DNA of 64,000 bases from Limisphaerales bacterium (GCA_965657355.1 CBFHOE010000004.1:6072-70071), one strand, 5' to 3'. Positions 1-9,818 are shown, numbered from the stretch's first letter. Notes: generated by a model from the sequence alone, not told the origin. Made by a program: numbers and translations.

Positions 1-591
1 GCATATGCGTCCTTAATTTTTAATGGAAAGCCTCTGAGCTTCCTTAGTACACCTGGGGCAATGGATGTAGGAGTTGAACTTCATTCTACAAGCAAATCAT
101 TCAATATGACAGGGTGGCGGTGTGGATTTGTTGTGGGAAATGAACTGTTGATTAAAGCCTATGGCAGTGTAAAAGATAATACCGATTCAGGTCAATTTTT
201 GGCAGTTCAGCATGCCTCAGCCTACTGTTTTGATCACCCCGCAATTACCGAAAAAATCGCAGAAAAATATTCTCGCAGAATGAATCTTCTGGTTGAGGTT
301 CTCAACAAATCGGGTTTTTCAGCTAAAAAACCGAATGGATCGTTTTTCTTATACGTTCAAGCGCCAAAAGCGGCTATTTCCGCTGACGGTTCACGCACGG
401 AATTCGACTCCGGTGAGGCAGCCTCTCAGTGGCTTATCACGAATCGTTTAATATCCACCGTTCCATGGGATGATTCAGGATCATTTGTTCGATTTTCTGT
501 AACCTTTCAATCTGAAGATGGCGAGGAAGGTGAGCGTAAAGTCATACAGGAAATTGGCCGCCGGCTAGGAGAGGTTAAATTCGAATTTTAA
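1..591 (+). CDS. dapL: LL-diaminopimelate aminotransferase, 5'-truncated by window edge
   Basis: Frame open from base 1 (AYASLIFNGKPLSFL...); PLP-lysine motif HSTSKSFNMTGWR, then DSGQF and STVPWDD typical of DapL. Confidence 0.85.
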   Translation, partial: AYASLIFNGKPLSFLSTPGAMDVGVELHSTSKSFNMTGWRCGFVVGNELLIKAYGSVKDNTDSGQFLAVQHASAYCFDHPAITEKIAEKYSRRMNLLVEVLNKSGFSAKKPNGSFFLYVQAPKAAISADGSRTEFDSGEAASQWLITNRLISTVPWDDSGSFVRFSVTFQSEDGEEGERKVIQEIGRRLGEVKFEF

Positions 592-718
592 TTACCTTTG
601 TTGGACATTTGTTATACGAGCCCGTTATTTGTTTTGTGCCCAAATATTAACGCTATCTTGACGATCTGTAGTCAATGGCCATGAAAAATGTCCTTTTTTG
701 CGAAATGGTAAAAAACAC

Positions 719-746
719 TTGCCACCAAACAAAAAAAAAGTATCTT
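719..746 (+). promoter_or_regulatory. Putative sigma70-type promoter for the ferredoxin pair
   Basis: TTGCCA (719-724), 16-nt spacer containing A9, TATCTT (741-746), 33 nt before the ATG at 780. Confidence 0.35.
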
Positions 747-779
747 GTTCGACCAACTTTAAATTAGAAATATTTGGTT

Positions 780-1013
780 ATGGCGGAAGTTGAAAATAAG
801 CATCCTGAAAATGTCGCAGGCAAATTTTATGTCGATGATGAGTGCATTGACTGTGATCTGTGCCGTGAAACTGCTCCATCAAATTTTACAAGAGAAGATG
901 ATGGTGGTTACAGCTTCGTATTCAAACAACCCGAGGGTGAAGAAGAAGTCGAGCAGTGCAAAGAAGCCATGGAAGGCTGTCCAGTGGAAGCAATCGGCGA
1001 GGATGGGGAGTAG
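780..1013 (+). CDS. Monocluster [4Fe-4S] ferredoxin, copy 1
   Basis: 77 aa, acidic, CIDCDLC...CPVEAI motif; ATG at 780. Confidence 0.92.
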   Translation: MAEVENKHPENVAGKFYVDDECIDCDLCRETAPSNFTREDDGGYSFVFKQPEGEEEVEQCKEAMEGCPVEAIGEDGE

Positions 1014-1069
1014 CTTTCTTTTGCCGCATAGATCTGACAAAAATTTCATTAATTTTTTACAAAAGAGCA

Positions 1070-1303
1070 ATGGCTGAAGTCGAGAATAAGCAACCGGAAA
1101 ACGTGGCTGGTCAATTTTATGTTGATGATCAGTGTATAGATTGCGACTTGTGTCGCGAAACAGCTCCATCAAATTTTACAAGAGAAGATGATGGTGGATA
1201 TAGCTTCGTATTTAAGCAACCAGAGGGCGAAGAGGAAATTGAACAGTGCAAAGAAGCGATGGAAGGTTGCCCAGTGGAAGCCATCGGTGAAGACGGTGCC
1301 TAG
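1070..1303 (+). CDS. Monocluster [4Fe-4S] ferredoxin, copy 2
   Basis: ATG at 1070; 77 aa, differs from copy 1 at 5 residues; same Cys motif. Confidence 0.92.
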   Translation: MAEVENKQPENVAGQFYVDDQCIDCDLCRETAPSNFTREDDGGYSFVFKQPEGEEEIEQCKEAMEGCPVEAIGEDGA

Positions 1304-1340
1304 TCGCGTCTCACTTTCTTTCAAAATTTTTAATCGTAAT

Positions 1341-1378
1341 GCAGGCCTTGGAAATTTCTCCGAGACCTGTTTTTTTTT
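1341..1378 (+). terminator. Rho-independent terminator after the ferredoxins
   Basis: Stem CAGGCCTTGGA / TCCGAGACCTG (one mismatch, one G-U) followed by T9. Confidence 0.75.
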
Positions 1379-1977
1379 CATTTGGGATTAATCTATCGGT
1401 AAAGGTTCCCTATTTTAATTTTTGACTTAAAATTTTTAATCAGTTTCGGGGAGTCACAACTTTTCGCTCCTTTGCCACAGGGAACATTTTTTCATTCCTT
1501 GCCAATGAGCTCGTAGTGCCCAGGCAATAATAGATGCAAAATGAAAAGGTTGAGAATTTTAATAAAACCGCAATGCGAACCGGTATAGACAAAAGCGAGG
1601 GAAATCGGCACTCAGCCTGACAGCAAAATCACGTTCATCGTCTCAGCTAAAAGTATGTGGCATAACGTTTGGTTAAAATTAACCGAGATAGCATTAAGGC
1701 CATAAAAAAATACAGATCAGGGTAACAGATCAATAAACTAGTTGTTTATAAATTTGAGGCCATGATCGCCGAGCTCACCATATGAAAGACATCTCAACTG
1801 TAATGTCTAGCTATCATCTGTGTAAGACCCATTTTATGCCAAACATGTCGATTGATACCACGCAGGCAAACGGGCAACGCCAATTAAATGTTGATTGCGA
1901 TGTTTTTGGGTTTGAAAAAAAGACCTCAAATTGTTGGCTCAATATGAGGCCAATGATGCTATGGCGATTCAACGGGT

Positions 1978-3204
1978 TCAATTATGACGGCCATCAAACA
2001 CGAATTGCCATCTGGCTTTTGCATAGACATCAACACCCTCAGATGAGGTGAAGACTACTTTACCATTATCCGGGAACGAAACTGATGCAACGTCATCGAA
2101 ACCATTTGGGATGCGGGAGACGCCTTGGATATAATGAATATCTGTTGGCTTTGCGGAGGATAGGTTAATACTAGTCCTGATACCCCTTTTGCTGAGAACA
2201 TTTTCATTTATTGAGGGAACAAGCCCTTCTGCAAAAAATGCGGTGACGTCTTCAATTCCAACGCAATTGTTTCGACCATTCCATGGGAATCCATGACGAC
2301 CTCCATTCTCCAGCCAGAAAACCGTACTAGTCAATAGACTTTGGTTTTTTATGCTGAACCACATCCATTTATCTTTTGTGTTGAGGGCAACGACCCAGGC
2401 CGGTTTCTTCCCTTGCTTCTGAATGATTTGAAATAGGTCTGCAAATCCTTTCTCTCTGGGCAATTTACCAACGTCTAAATTATCAGCTTTTTGATAAATG
2501 GAAGGAACAGCGGATAGGCTTGAAAACTCTGCTCCAACGGCAAGTTGCTGATATTCTCTATTTTCAGGGTTACTAAAAAGTCCTGCATTGGTCATTCCGA
2601 ATTCAATTGGGCTATGAAAAATATGGAATGTTTCAAGTTCCTCAGGCATCGCGAGAGTAGCGTGATGTCCAAGTGGTACTTTTCCTGCAAAATTTTCTAT
2701 AGTATGGGTTGAGTAAATAACGTTTTCGTCATTATTGATATGAAGCCTTTTTGTGACAGTGCCTTTTCTCACATGAGTTTTTAGCTGCACAGCTAGGCTT
2801 GATCCAAATTGGTCCGTGCTTACTTCTTTGAGTTCCCATAGGGAAGTAGCCGTTTCTCCGTGTGGTTCATGTTTTTCCCCTTCATGGCGATCACCATTGC
2901 CACCAAATGGCAGACAGAAGAAATCTCCTCTAAGAGGAACCAGGACCTGTGCCGGAAACTCTTTATGGCCCTCCATTTGCCAAGGGCTAATGTAATAAGG
3001 GCTCACAGGATTTCGGCTGTTCCTGAAGAAGGTTACAGGAGCCATATGTCCGCCTTTCTGTGTCACCGATAATTCAATGTTATTTGACTTAATAACCCAG
3101 CATTTCAATCCTTTGCGTGATTCTACGGTTAAGTTTTGAGCTGAAACAGGTGACATTAGGAAAGAGAGAATTAATAAAGAGAGTGAAAATTTTACTTTTT
3201 TCAT
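1978..3204 (-). CDS. Secreted hypothetical protein, probably galactose-mutarotase/aldose-epimerase-like fold
   Basis: 408 aa; signal peptide (..PVSA/Q); GGHMAPV, RGDFFCLPFG, HEPHGE and GHH motifs resemble the aldose-epimerase superfamily. Confidence 0.55.
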   Translation of the reverse strand: MKKVKFSLSLLILSFLMSPVSAQNLTVESRKGLKCWVIKSNNIELSVTQKGGHMAPVTFFRNSRNPVSPYYISPWQMEGHKEFPAQVLVPLRGDFFCLPFGGNGDRHEGEKHEPHGETATSLWELKEVSTDQFGSSLAVQLKTHVRKGTVTKRLHINNDENVIYSTHTIENFAGKVPLGHHATLAMPEELETFHIFHSPIEFGMTNAGLFSNPENREYQQLAVGAEFSSLSAVPSIYQKADNLDVGKLPREKGFADLFQIIQKQGKKPAWVVALNTKDKWMWFSIKNQSLLTSTVFWLENGGRHGFPWNGRNNCVGIEDVTAFFAEGLVPSINENVLSKRGIRTSINLSSAKPTDIHYIQGVSRIPNGFDDVASVSFPDNGKVVFTSSEGVDVYAKARWQFVFDGRHN

Positions 3205-3220
3205 TTCATTTGGCCTTTTG

Positions 3221-4078
3221 TTAAGCTGAAAAAATATCTTCTAGAGCTTTTCTCATAACTTGGGGGTCCGGATCGACACCGGTCCAATATTTAATCCCTA
3301 TGACACCTTGGTTTACCAACATTCCAAGGCCATCAATGACCATGCAACCGGTCTCCCTGGCTTCGCGCACTAACCTTGTCTCCGGAGGGTTTGGAATCAC
3401 ATCAGCGACAACCATATTAGGTTTTAAGGTGGTTGTGTCCAGGGCAAGGCGAGCATCAACGTCGGGATATAGACCAATTGAGGTTGCATTAATTACGACA
3501 TCAGTTGAAGGATCAATCTGATAATCGCCATCCCATTTAACAAAGTGACTTTCCAGATTGAGTTTATCTTTAAGAAGAGATACCAGCTCTTGCCCTCTTT
3601 CTGTGCTTCGATTGACTATGGTTATTTTAGAAGCTCCTGCTAATCCTACTTCAACACTAATGGCCCGAGCGGCTCCACCCGCACCAAAGATCACAACTGA
3701 TTTTCCCTCAGGGTTGGTGAGTGTTTTTAGGGATTCGACAAAACCTTTTCCATCGGTGTTTTCTCCAATGAGTTTTCCATCCTTTATAACAACACAGTTA
3801 ACTGCTCCCATGACTCGAGCTGAGTCTCCTAAGGTGTCCAGGTATTTGATTACTTCAACCTTGTGAGGGATTGTGCAGTTAAACCCTCGGAATCCCATTG
3901 CTTTTGCCCCTTCTACTGCTGCTGCTAAACCTTCTTGGGTCACTTCGATAGTAAGGTACCTCCAATCGAGCTTGTGGTGTTTGTAAGCAGCTTCCACCAT
4001 GGCTTGCGTGGGGTTTTCGGAAATTGGTTGTCCAAATGCCGCCGTTAATTCTTGCTTGAAATTTAATTCTTTACTCAT
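3221..4078 (-). CDS. aroE: Shikimate dehydrogenase family protein (atypical substrate motif)
   Basis: GFNCTIPHK, GAVNC, GENTDGKGF, GAGGAARA, INATSIG, DGLGMLVNQG. Confidence 0.8.
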   Translation of the reverse strand: MSKELNFKQELTAAFGQPISENPTQAMVEAAYKHHKLDWRYLTIEVTQEGLAAAVEGAKAMGFRGFNCTIPHKVEVIKYLDTLGDSARVMGAVNCVVIKDGKLIGENTDGKGFVESLKTLTNPEGKSVVIFGAGGAARAISVEVGLAGASKITIVNRSTERGQELVSLLKDKLNLESHFVKWDGDYQIDPSTDVVINATSIGLYPDVDARLALDTTTLKPNMVVADVIPNPPETRLVREARETGCMVIDGLGMLVNQGVIGIKYWTGVDPDPQVMRKALEDIFSA

Positions 4079-4151
4079 ATCACAAATGGTTGGAATTAGA
4101 ACATAATAGAGAGCGATGTATTAAATGGAAGGATGTAATTTTTTGCTTTAA

Positions 4152-5609
4152 TTAGATGCGGTCATTTATCCAATCGTTGACTGCAAGCAGGGCCCAAGGA
4201 ATGCAACCCGTATGAGAACCATTCTGGAAAAAGGGTATTAATCTTGGGTCTGTGACCGAAATAGCAGGTCCTTCAGCCCTCTGAAGCGATTCTTTGGCGA
4301 GGATTGAGTTTTGATAAGGAACAATCTCATCATCTGTGCAGTGATACATTTGGATTGGAGCCTGTGGCTGCCATCCAGATCTCATCGTATCATTGAGTTC
4401 AAGTGCTACTCTAAACGGGTGGTTGTCATTACTCTGAATTAGTTCCAAAACATTGGATTTAAACATCTGCCGCGGAACAGTAGGTAGGACATCATTAATG
4501 GCACCATCACTAGCCCCATCCTGAATCATTTGTTTGAGGGCTGTTGCTACTTCATCTACAAAATATTCATTTGGATCATTAAACAAGCCGTAAGCCTGGT
4601 CATATGACCAGACTAAATAAGCTATATAAAATGGATTTGGATATGGTGCATCAGACAGAATTCGACTCAGCATCACATTGGACATGCTCTGTGGTCCAGC
4701 CATCGGTATGGAGCCGGTTATTATAAATTCATCCCCAGCTTCGAGTTCTATGGTTCTGTGCAATGCCATAGTAGCATGTCCGCCCTGAGAATAGCCGAGT
4801 AGGAAAAGTTTTTCTGGCTGGGTATGATTCGATTCAGATACTAATTGAGTTCCGGCCCTCAGCATGTCCAGTGCACTTGAGGCTTCAGTCTCGGAATGCA
4901 GATATGGGTGAAACATATCTGCGGATGCTCCGAAGCCTAAATAATCCGCCATGAAGCATATGTGTTCCGTTCCAGCTAAAAAAAGGCCAATAGAGAATTC
5001 CTCAGTTTGACCAAGCGATGGGGCATCTTCTTTATCATAGAGTGTGCCGTGTTGGTAACTGATTATTGATTTTGGAGACGTTTTTCCAACTGGTAGAAAT
5101 GCGACTCCGGAAGCCTCTCTTAGTTTTCCATCTAAACCCGGGGTCCAATAAACTATTTCAAAAGCATTGACTTCGTTCGATATGATCGTAGGAAATCCAC
5201 CTGTGTATTCTGTTATCGAAGTTAAAATTTCCGCTAGGGAATACTTTTTAATTAATTTCGTCCTAATGATCTCTCCTGGCGATCGATTTGATGGTATGGA
5301 TTTTATGCCGAGGGTATAAAATTTATTTTGTGATTCCATCCTAAACTGAGTGGAATATTCTTTCGGAAATGCTCCATTCTCCAAAGGCCCGTCGATAACT
5401 ATCCATTCATCGACTATTGATGGTTTGGAAAGAAGAAAAAGGTCTGACCCGGATGGGATTTCAATGGATTTATCAACATTCCAATTGAGTGAAAATGTAG
5501 AATCGTCAAGAGCGGACAAACTAATTTTTAAATCTGACTGAGCCAAAAGCGTCGAAGCTATAAAAAGAACCCATGATGATATTAAGATCTTGGATGTTTT
5601 CAATTTCAT
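4152..5609 (-). CDS. Secreted alpha/beta hydrolase (secretory lipase-like)
   Basis: Signal peptide; ISYQHGT, DYLGFG, nucleophile elbow GYSQGG, later D (DDEIV) and H (GSH). Confidence 0.8.
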   Translation of the reverse strand: MKLKTSKILISSWVLFIASTLLAQSDLKISLSALDDSTFSLNWNVDKSIEIPSGSDLFLLSKPSIVDEWIVIDGPLENGAFPKEYSTQFRMESQNKFYTLGIKSIPSNRSPGEIIRTKLIKKYSLAEILTSITEYTGGFPTIISNEVNAFEIVYWTPGLDGKLREASGVAFLPVGKTSPKSIISYQHGTLYDKEDAPSLGQTEEFSIGLFLAGTEHICFMADYLGFGASADMFHPYLHSETEASSALDMLRAGTQLVSESNHTQPEKLFLLGYSQGGHATMALHRTIELEAGDEFIITGSIPMAGPQSMSNVMLSRILSDAPYPNPFYIAYLVWSYDQAYGLFNDPNEYFVDEVATALKQMIQDGASDGAINDVLPTVPRQMFKSNVLELIQSNDNHPFRVALELNDTMRSGWQPQAPIQMYHCTDDEIVPYQNSILAKESLQRAEGPAISVTDPRLIPFFQNGSHTGCIPWALLAVNDWINDRI

Positions 5610-5707
5610 GACGATATTTTACTTCTGTATTTGGTCTTCCCAAGAATAAAAGTAATTTTCATTTTTCTCTTTTCTTGCCAGAATAAAAAATATCAACAAT
5701 TTCCATC

Positions 5708-7759
5708 ATGCGAACAAATTATAACCCTCAGCCTCTTCTCCTTTTCCTTCTCTTTATTGGCTTTAATATTTATGCCGGTAATACACCACAGGTGTTTACT
5801 GATGGACAAAAACCCAACGACATACGAATAAAGCCTTTGAAGGATTTAAATGGATACTTTCCTTTTTCTGTCCCTCAGACCAAATCGGAATGGAATCAAA
5901 GGTCCGCTCAATTAAAGCATCGCCTTGCCACTGTCCTAGGTATATGGCCGGAGCCTAAAAAAACATCATTAAATTCTGTAATTCATAGCAAGAAAGATTT
6001 CGACGGTTACTCGGTATCCAATGTGTATTTTGAGAGCCTCCCTGGTTACTACGTCACAGGAAATCTTTATATGCCTGCCAAAATCGAGGCTAAAATGCCG
6101 GCTATTCTTTGCCCACATGGGCACTGGTCTGATGGTAGATTTTATCAAAACCCCAACGTCGCTATGGAGATTGCTAACGGTGCTGAGAGATTTTTAAGCG
6201 GTGGCAAGAGCCCTATGCAAAGCCGGTGTGTGCAGTTGGCTAGAATGGGCTGCGTCGTCTTTCACTACGATATGGTAGGCTACGCTGATTCCATTCAAAT
6301 TACTTATGACGTAGCCCATCGATTTGCCAAACAAAGAATGAATTTGGTGAATGGGGAAGCTTGGGGTTTTTTTAGCCCGAAAGCTGAGTCTCTTTATCAG
6401 AGCATTATGGGACTCCAAACATGGAATTCCATCAGGGCTCTGGATTTTGTCTGTGAGATGCCGCAAATCGACCAGGACCGCATCGGTGTCACTGGCGCCA
6501 GTGGTGGAGGTACTCAGACATTTCTCCTAGCCGCTCTGGATGATCGGGTGGATTTATCTATACCAGCCGTCATGGTCTCGACAGCTATGCAAGGTGGCTG
6601 CACCTGTGAAAATGCGGCAGGTCTCAGAATCGACACAGGAAATGTTGAGATGGCAGCTTTATTTGCTCCAAAACCACAGGGTTTATTGTCTGCCAATGAT
6701 TGGACTGTTGAGATGGAGGTAAAGGGGTTCCCTGATTTAAAGAAGCTTTATGGGTTGGTTGGTGCACCTGAAAAAGTAGAATTAAAATCACTCACACATT
6801 TTGGACACAACTATAATTATGTCAGCCGCTCAGCGATGTACGAATGGGTGAATAAGCATTTTAATTTGGGCCATGAATCTCCAATTTTGGAAAGCGAATT
6901 TAAACTTTTGTCACAGGCTGAATTGACCGTGTGGAATGAGGACCATCCTAAGCCGATCGTAGATGAGGTATTTGAATCTAATTTATTAAAAAAAATGGCG
7001 CGATCTCACTGGCAGTCAATGATGCCACTTTTGGAGGAGGATCCAGAAAAATTGAGATTTATTCTTCATAAAGGATGGGAAGTTGTCATAGGAAGGCCTT
7101 GGGATGATGTTGGTAATGTGGAATGGAAGATGACCAGTAAACAAGTCCATGAGGACTATCTTGAGATGCTGGGAACATTAAATAATAAAACATATAAAGA
7201 ATCACTCCCTGTAGTATTTCTTTATCCGACGAAGAATTGGAATGGACAGACAGATCTAGTCCTATCGGCTATGGGAAAATCGGGGCTCTATGATACTCAA
7301 TCACGCCTAAAGCCAGACATTATAAAAGCATTAAAAAGTGGATCCACAGTTCTCGGTGTCGATCTTCTTTTCCAAGGAGAATACAATGACAGCGATGATA
7401 TTGTTCTTCAATCTAGAAAAGTGAGTAATTCCCGGGAGGCAGCTTGCTATACACAGGGATACAATCATTCTTTATGTGCCAGCCGAATTCACGACGTCAT
7501 GTCCTGTATTCAATTTTTGCGGACTTATGATAAAGGCCCCAGTGAAGTGAATCTTGTTTCATCGCAGGAGGTTTCTCATATTGCCTTAGCGGCGGCTGCC
7601 ATGGCTGGAGAAAAAAATGTTTCAAAACTAATGGCACCCTCCGGAGTATTCAAATTTACGAATATTGATTCAATACGTGATCCAAATTTCCTGCCAGGAG
7701 CCAGTAGGTTTGGCGGTATTCGCGCCTTAAAGTATCTCAATGGGATTAGCGACCAGTAG
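5708..7759 (+). CDS. Secreted acetylxylan-esterase-like alpha/beta hydrolase
   Basis: Signal peptide; LCPHGHW, RIGVTGASGGGTQT, QGGCTCEN, HNY; second degenerate hydrolase-like module at the C-terminus. Confidence 0.75.
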   Translation: MRTNYNPQPLLLFLLFIGFNIYAGNTPQVFTDGQKPNDIRIKPLKDLNGYFPFSVPQTKSEWNQRSAQLKHRLATVLGIWPEPKKTSLNSVIHSKKDFDGYSVSNVYFESLPGYYVTGNLYMPAKIEAKMPAILCPHGHWSDGRFYQNPNVAMEIANGAERFLSGGKSPMQSRCVQLARMGCVVFHYDMVGYADSIQITYDVAHRFAKQRMNLVNGEAWGFFSPKAESLYQSIMGLQTWNSIRALDFVCEMPQIDQDRIGVTGASGGGTQTFLLAALDDRVDLSIPAVMVSTAMQGGCTCENAAGLRIDTGNVEMAALFAPKPQGLLSANDWTVEMEVKGFPDLKKLYGLVGAPEKVELKSLTHFGHNYNYVSRSAMYEWVNKHFNLGHESPILESEFKLLSQAELTVWNEDHPKPIVDEVFESNLLKKMARSHWQSMMPLLEEDPEKLRFILHKGWEVVIGRPWDDVGNVEWKMTSKQVHEDYLEMLGTLNNKTYKESLPVVFLYPTKNWNGQTDLVLSAMGKSGLYDTQSRLKPDIIKALKSGSTVLGVDLLFQGEYNDSDDIVLQSRKVSNSREAACYTQGYNHSLCASRIHDVMSCIQFLRTYDKGPSEVNLVSSQEVSHIALAAAAMAGEKNVSKLMAPSGVFKFTNIDSIRDPNFLPGASRFGGIRALKYLNGISDQ

Positions 7760-7807
7760 TAATATTGAGAATTCATCTGACAACGAAAAAAGCAAATTAA
7801 TATATTA

Positions 7808-9196
7808 ATGGATGATGAGTCAGATTTATTCGGGCATCCAAAAGATAGAGAAGGTAGCTTGGGTTGGATGGAAGATGAGTCCAGTGACAATGGACACGTG
7901 CCACTCTCGGCAAGGATGCGGCCTCGAAATTTAGATGAGTATATCGGGCAAAGACATATCTTAGGCCAGGGGAAACTTCTCAGGCGATTGGTTGAAGCTG
8001 ATAGGATTCAGTCAATCATACTTTATGGTCCGCCAGGGGTAGGGAAAACTTCCTTAGCAAGGGTAGTTGCTCACTCGACCAAAAGTCACTTTATAAGACT
8101 TAGTGGAGTCGAATCCAACGTGTCAGAAATGCGAAAAGCTTTGACAGCTGGACGGAATCGAATCAGAGAATCTGGTCAACAAACTATTTTATTTATCGAC
8201 GAAATTCACCGCTTCAATAAATCCCAACAAGATGTTCTGTTGCCTGACATTGAGGCCGGTAATATTCGTTTTATCGGGGCGACAACACACAACCCCTACT
8301 TTTTTGTAAACGCTCCCTTAGTCAGTAGGTCTCAAATATTCGAGCTAAACCCACTGGAGGAGTCCGATGTTTTTTGTCTCTTTGAAAATGCGATCAAGGA
8401 CAAAAGCCGGGGCTTGGGCCACATCAAGATTCGGTTGGACGATGCTGCCGCTGTGCATTTAGCCAAGATATCCGGCGGAGATGCCAGGAAGGCAATTAAT
8501 GCCCTAGAAGTGGCTGTATTGTCTACGAATCCGGGAGGCGATCAAGTTCGGCATGTCACCTTGAAAGTGGCAGAAGAGAGCATTCAGAAAAAAGCCATTG
8601 TTTACGATGCAGATGGGGATAATCACTATGATACGATTTCGGCGTATATCAAATCAATGAGAGGAGGTGACGTGGATGCTGCTTTATACTGGTTAGCAAA
8701 AATGATTGTGGCTGGAGAGGATCCAAGGTTTATCACTCGAAGGCTGATTATTTGTGCATGTGAAGATGTGGGCTTAGCTGACCCCATGGCTTTAGTTCTC
8801 GCTCAATCAGCCCATCAATCTGCAGAGATTATTGGATGGCCAGAAGCGAGGATTCCCATTGCGGAGGCGACCATTTATGTTGCAGGGGCCCCAAAAAGTA
8901 ACAGCGCTATCAGAGCCATTGATAATGCCATCCATGATGTAAAAAATAATGCATCGATACCTGTTCCAATTCACTTGAGAGATGGACATTATCCGGGAGC
9001 AAAAAAATTAGGGCATGGTGTCGGATATCAGTATGCTCACAAATTTGAAGGCAATTTCGTGCCCCAAGATTACCTTGGGGCTCACAGAAAATTCTATGAG
9101 CCCGGAAACCAAGGCCGCGAATCAAAAATTGCCGACAGAATAAATTATTGGAGAGAACAAATCGAACCACTCAGAGGGAAAAAGGCATCAGACTGA
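7808..9196 (+). CDS. rarA: Replication-associated recombination protein A (AAA+ ATPase)
   Basis: PLSARMRP, GPPGVGKTS, FIDEIHRF, HYDTISAYIKSMRG, EDVGLADP, VPIHLRD. Confidence 0.95.
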   Translation: MDDESDLFGHPKDREGSLGWMEDESSDNGHVPLSARMRPRNLDEYIGQRHILGQGKLLRRLVEADRIQSIILYGPPGVGKTSLARVVAHSTKSHFIRLSGVESNVSEMRKALTAGRNRIRESGQQTILFIDEIHRFNKSQQDVLLPDIEAGNIRFIGATTHNPYFFVNAPLVSRSQIFELNPLEESDVFCLFENAIKDKSRGLGHIKIRLDDAAAVHLAKISGGDARKAINALEVAVLSTNPGGDQVRHVTLKVAEESIQKKAIVYDADGDNHYDTISAYIKSMRGGDVDAALYWLAKMIVAGEDPRFITRRLIICACEDVGLADPMALVLAQSAHQSAEIIGWPEARIPIAEATIYVAGAPKSNSAIRAIDNAIHDVKNNASIPVPIHLRDGHYPGAKKLGHGVGYQYAHKFEGNFVPQDYLGAHRKFYEPGNQGRESKIADRINYWREQIEPLRGKKASD

Positions 9197-9233
9197 GCCT
9201 TTCAGACTTTAAACATTACTTCTAAAAAATTTA

Positions 9234-9818
9234 ATGATGAGTATTCCGGACAGTAAATCACTTCTGAGACAAAGGGCACAAAAATGGCTTATATCTCAAA
9301 AGCCAGAAGTTTTGGCTAAAAATTCTTCTAAAATATGTGATAAAATTCGTGAGACAGAAGAATACCATCAGTCCAAAACAATTTTGTTATATAGTCCCAT
9401 AAAATATGAGCCTGATGTTTTGCCTTTGTTTACGGAATCTATCAAATTGAAAAAAAGAGTCTGCCTTCCCCGATACAATTCCCTCTCAGCAACCTATGAA
9501 TTTGCTGATATTCTGTTCGGTAGGGAAATAAAAATGAGGAAAGGCCAGTATGGAATTCTAGAACCATGCCCTGAAAATAGTCGGATTTTATTAAAGAGTC
9601 TCGACTTTTGCGTAGTACCGGGCCTAATGTTTGGATGTGACGGAACTCGTTTGGGAAGAGGGAAAGGGCATTATGACCGAATTCTCGATGCTTTCTCTGG
9701 TTTCAAAATAGGTGTTTGTCATCAGGGGCAGATAATGTCGACCGTGCCAGTGAATCAGTTTGACGTTCCAGTCGACATTATATGCACCGAATTAAATGTT
9801 TTTAGAAAATCAGGTTAG
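9234..9818 (+). CDS. 5-formyltetrahydrofolate cyclo-ligase
   Basis: YGILEP, VVPGLMF, RLGRGKGHYDR; usual position before rny. Confidence 0.9.
   Translation: MMSIPDSKSLLRQRAQKWLISQKPEVLAKNSSKICDKIRETEEYHQSKTILLYSPIKYEPDVLPLFTESIKLKKRVCLPRYNSLSATYEFADILFGREIKMRKGQYGILEPCPENSRILLKSLDFCVVPGLMFGCDGTRLGRGKGHYDRILDAFSGFKIGVCHQGQIMSTVPVNQFDVPVDIICTELNVFRKSG

Noticed and set aside
956..1069. 38-aa N-terminal extension of ferredoxin 2 in the ORF track
   Set aside because: It overlaps ferredoxin 1 out of frame; alignment with copy 1 puts the start at ATG 1070.
1650..1685. Possible dif site (GTGGCATAA-CGTTTG-GTTAAAATT)
   Set aside because: The XerD arm does not match TTATGTTAAAT.
1782..2051. 89-aa plus-strand ORF
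   Set aside because: No recognisable motif, atypical composition, and it overlaps the end of the convergent gene by 74 nt.
9197..9233. 6S RNA expected upstream of 5-formyl-THF cyclo-ligase
   Set aside because: Only 37 nt separate rarA and the cyclo-ligase gene, leaving no room for it.
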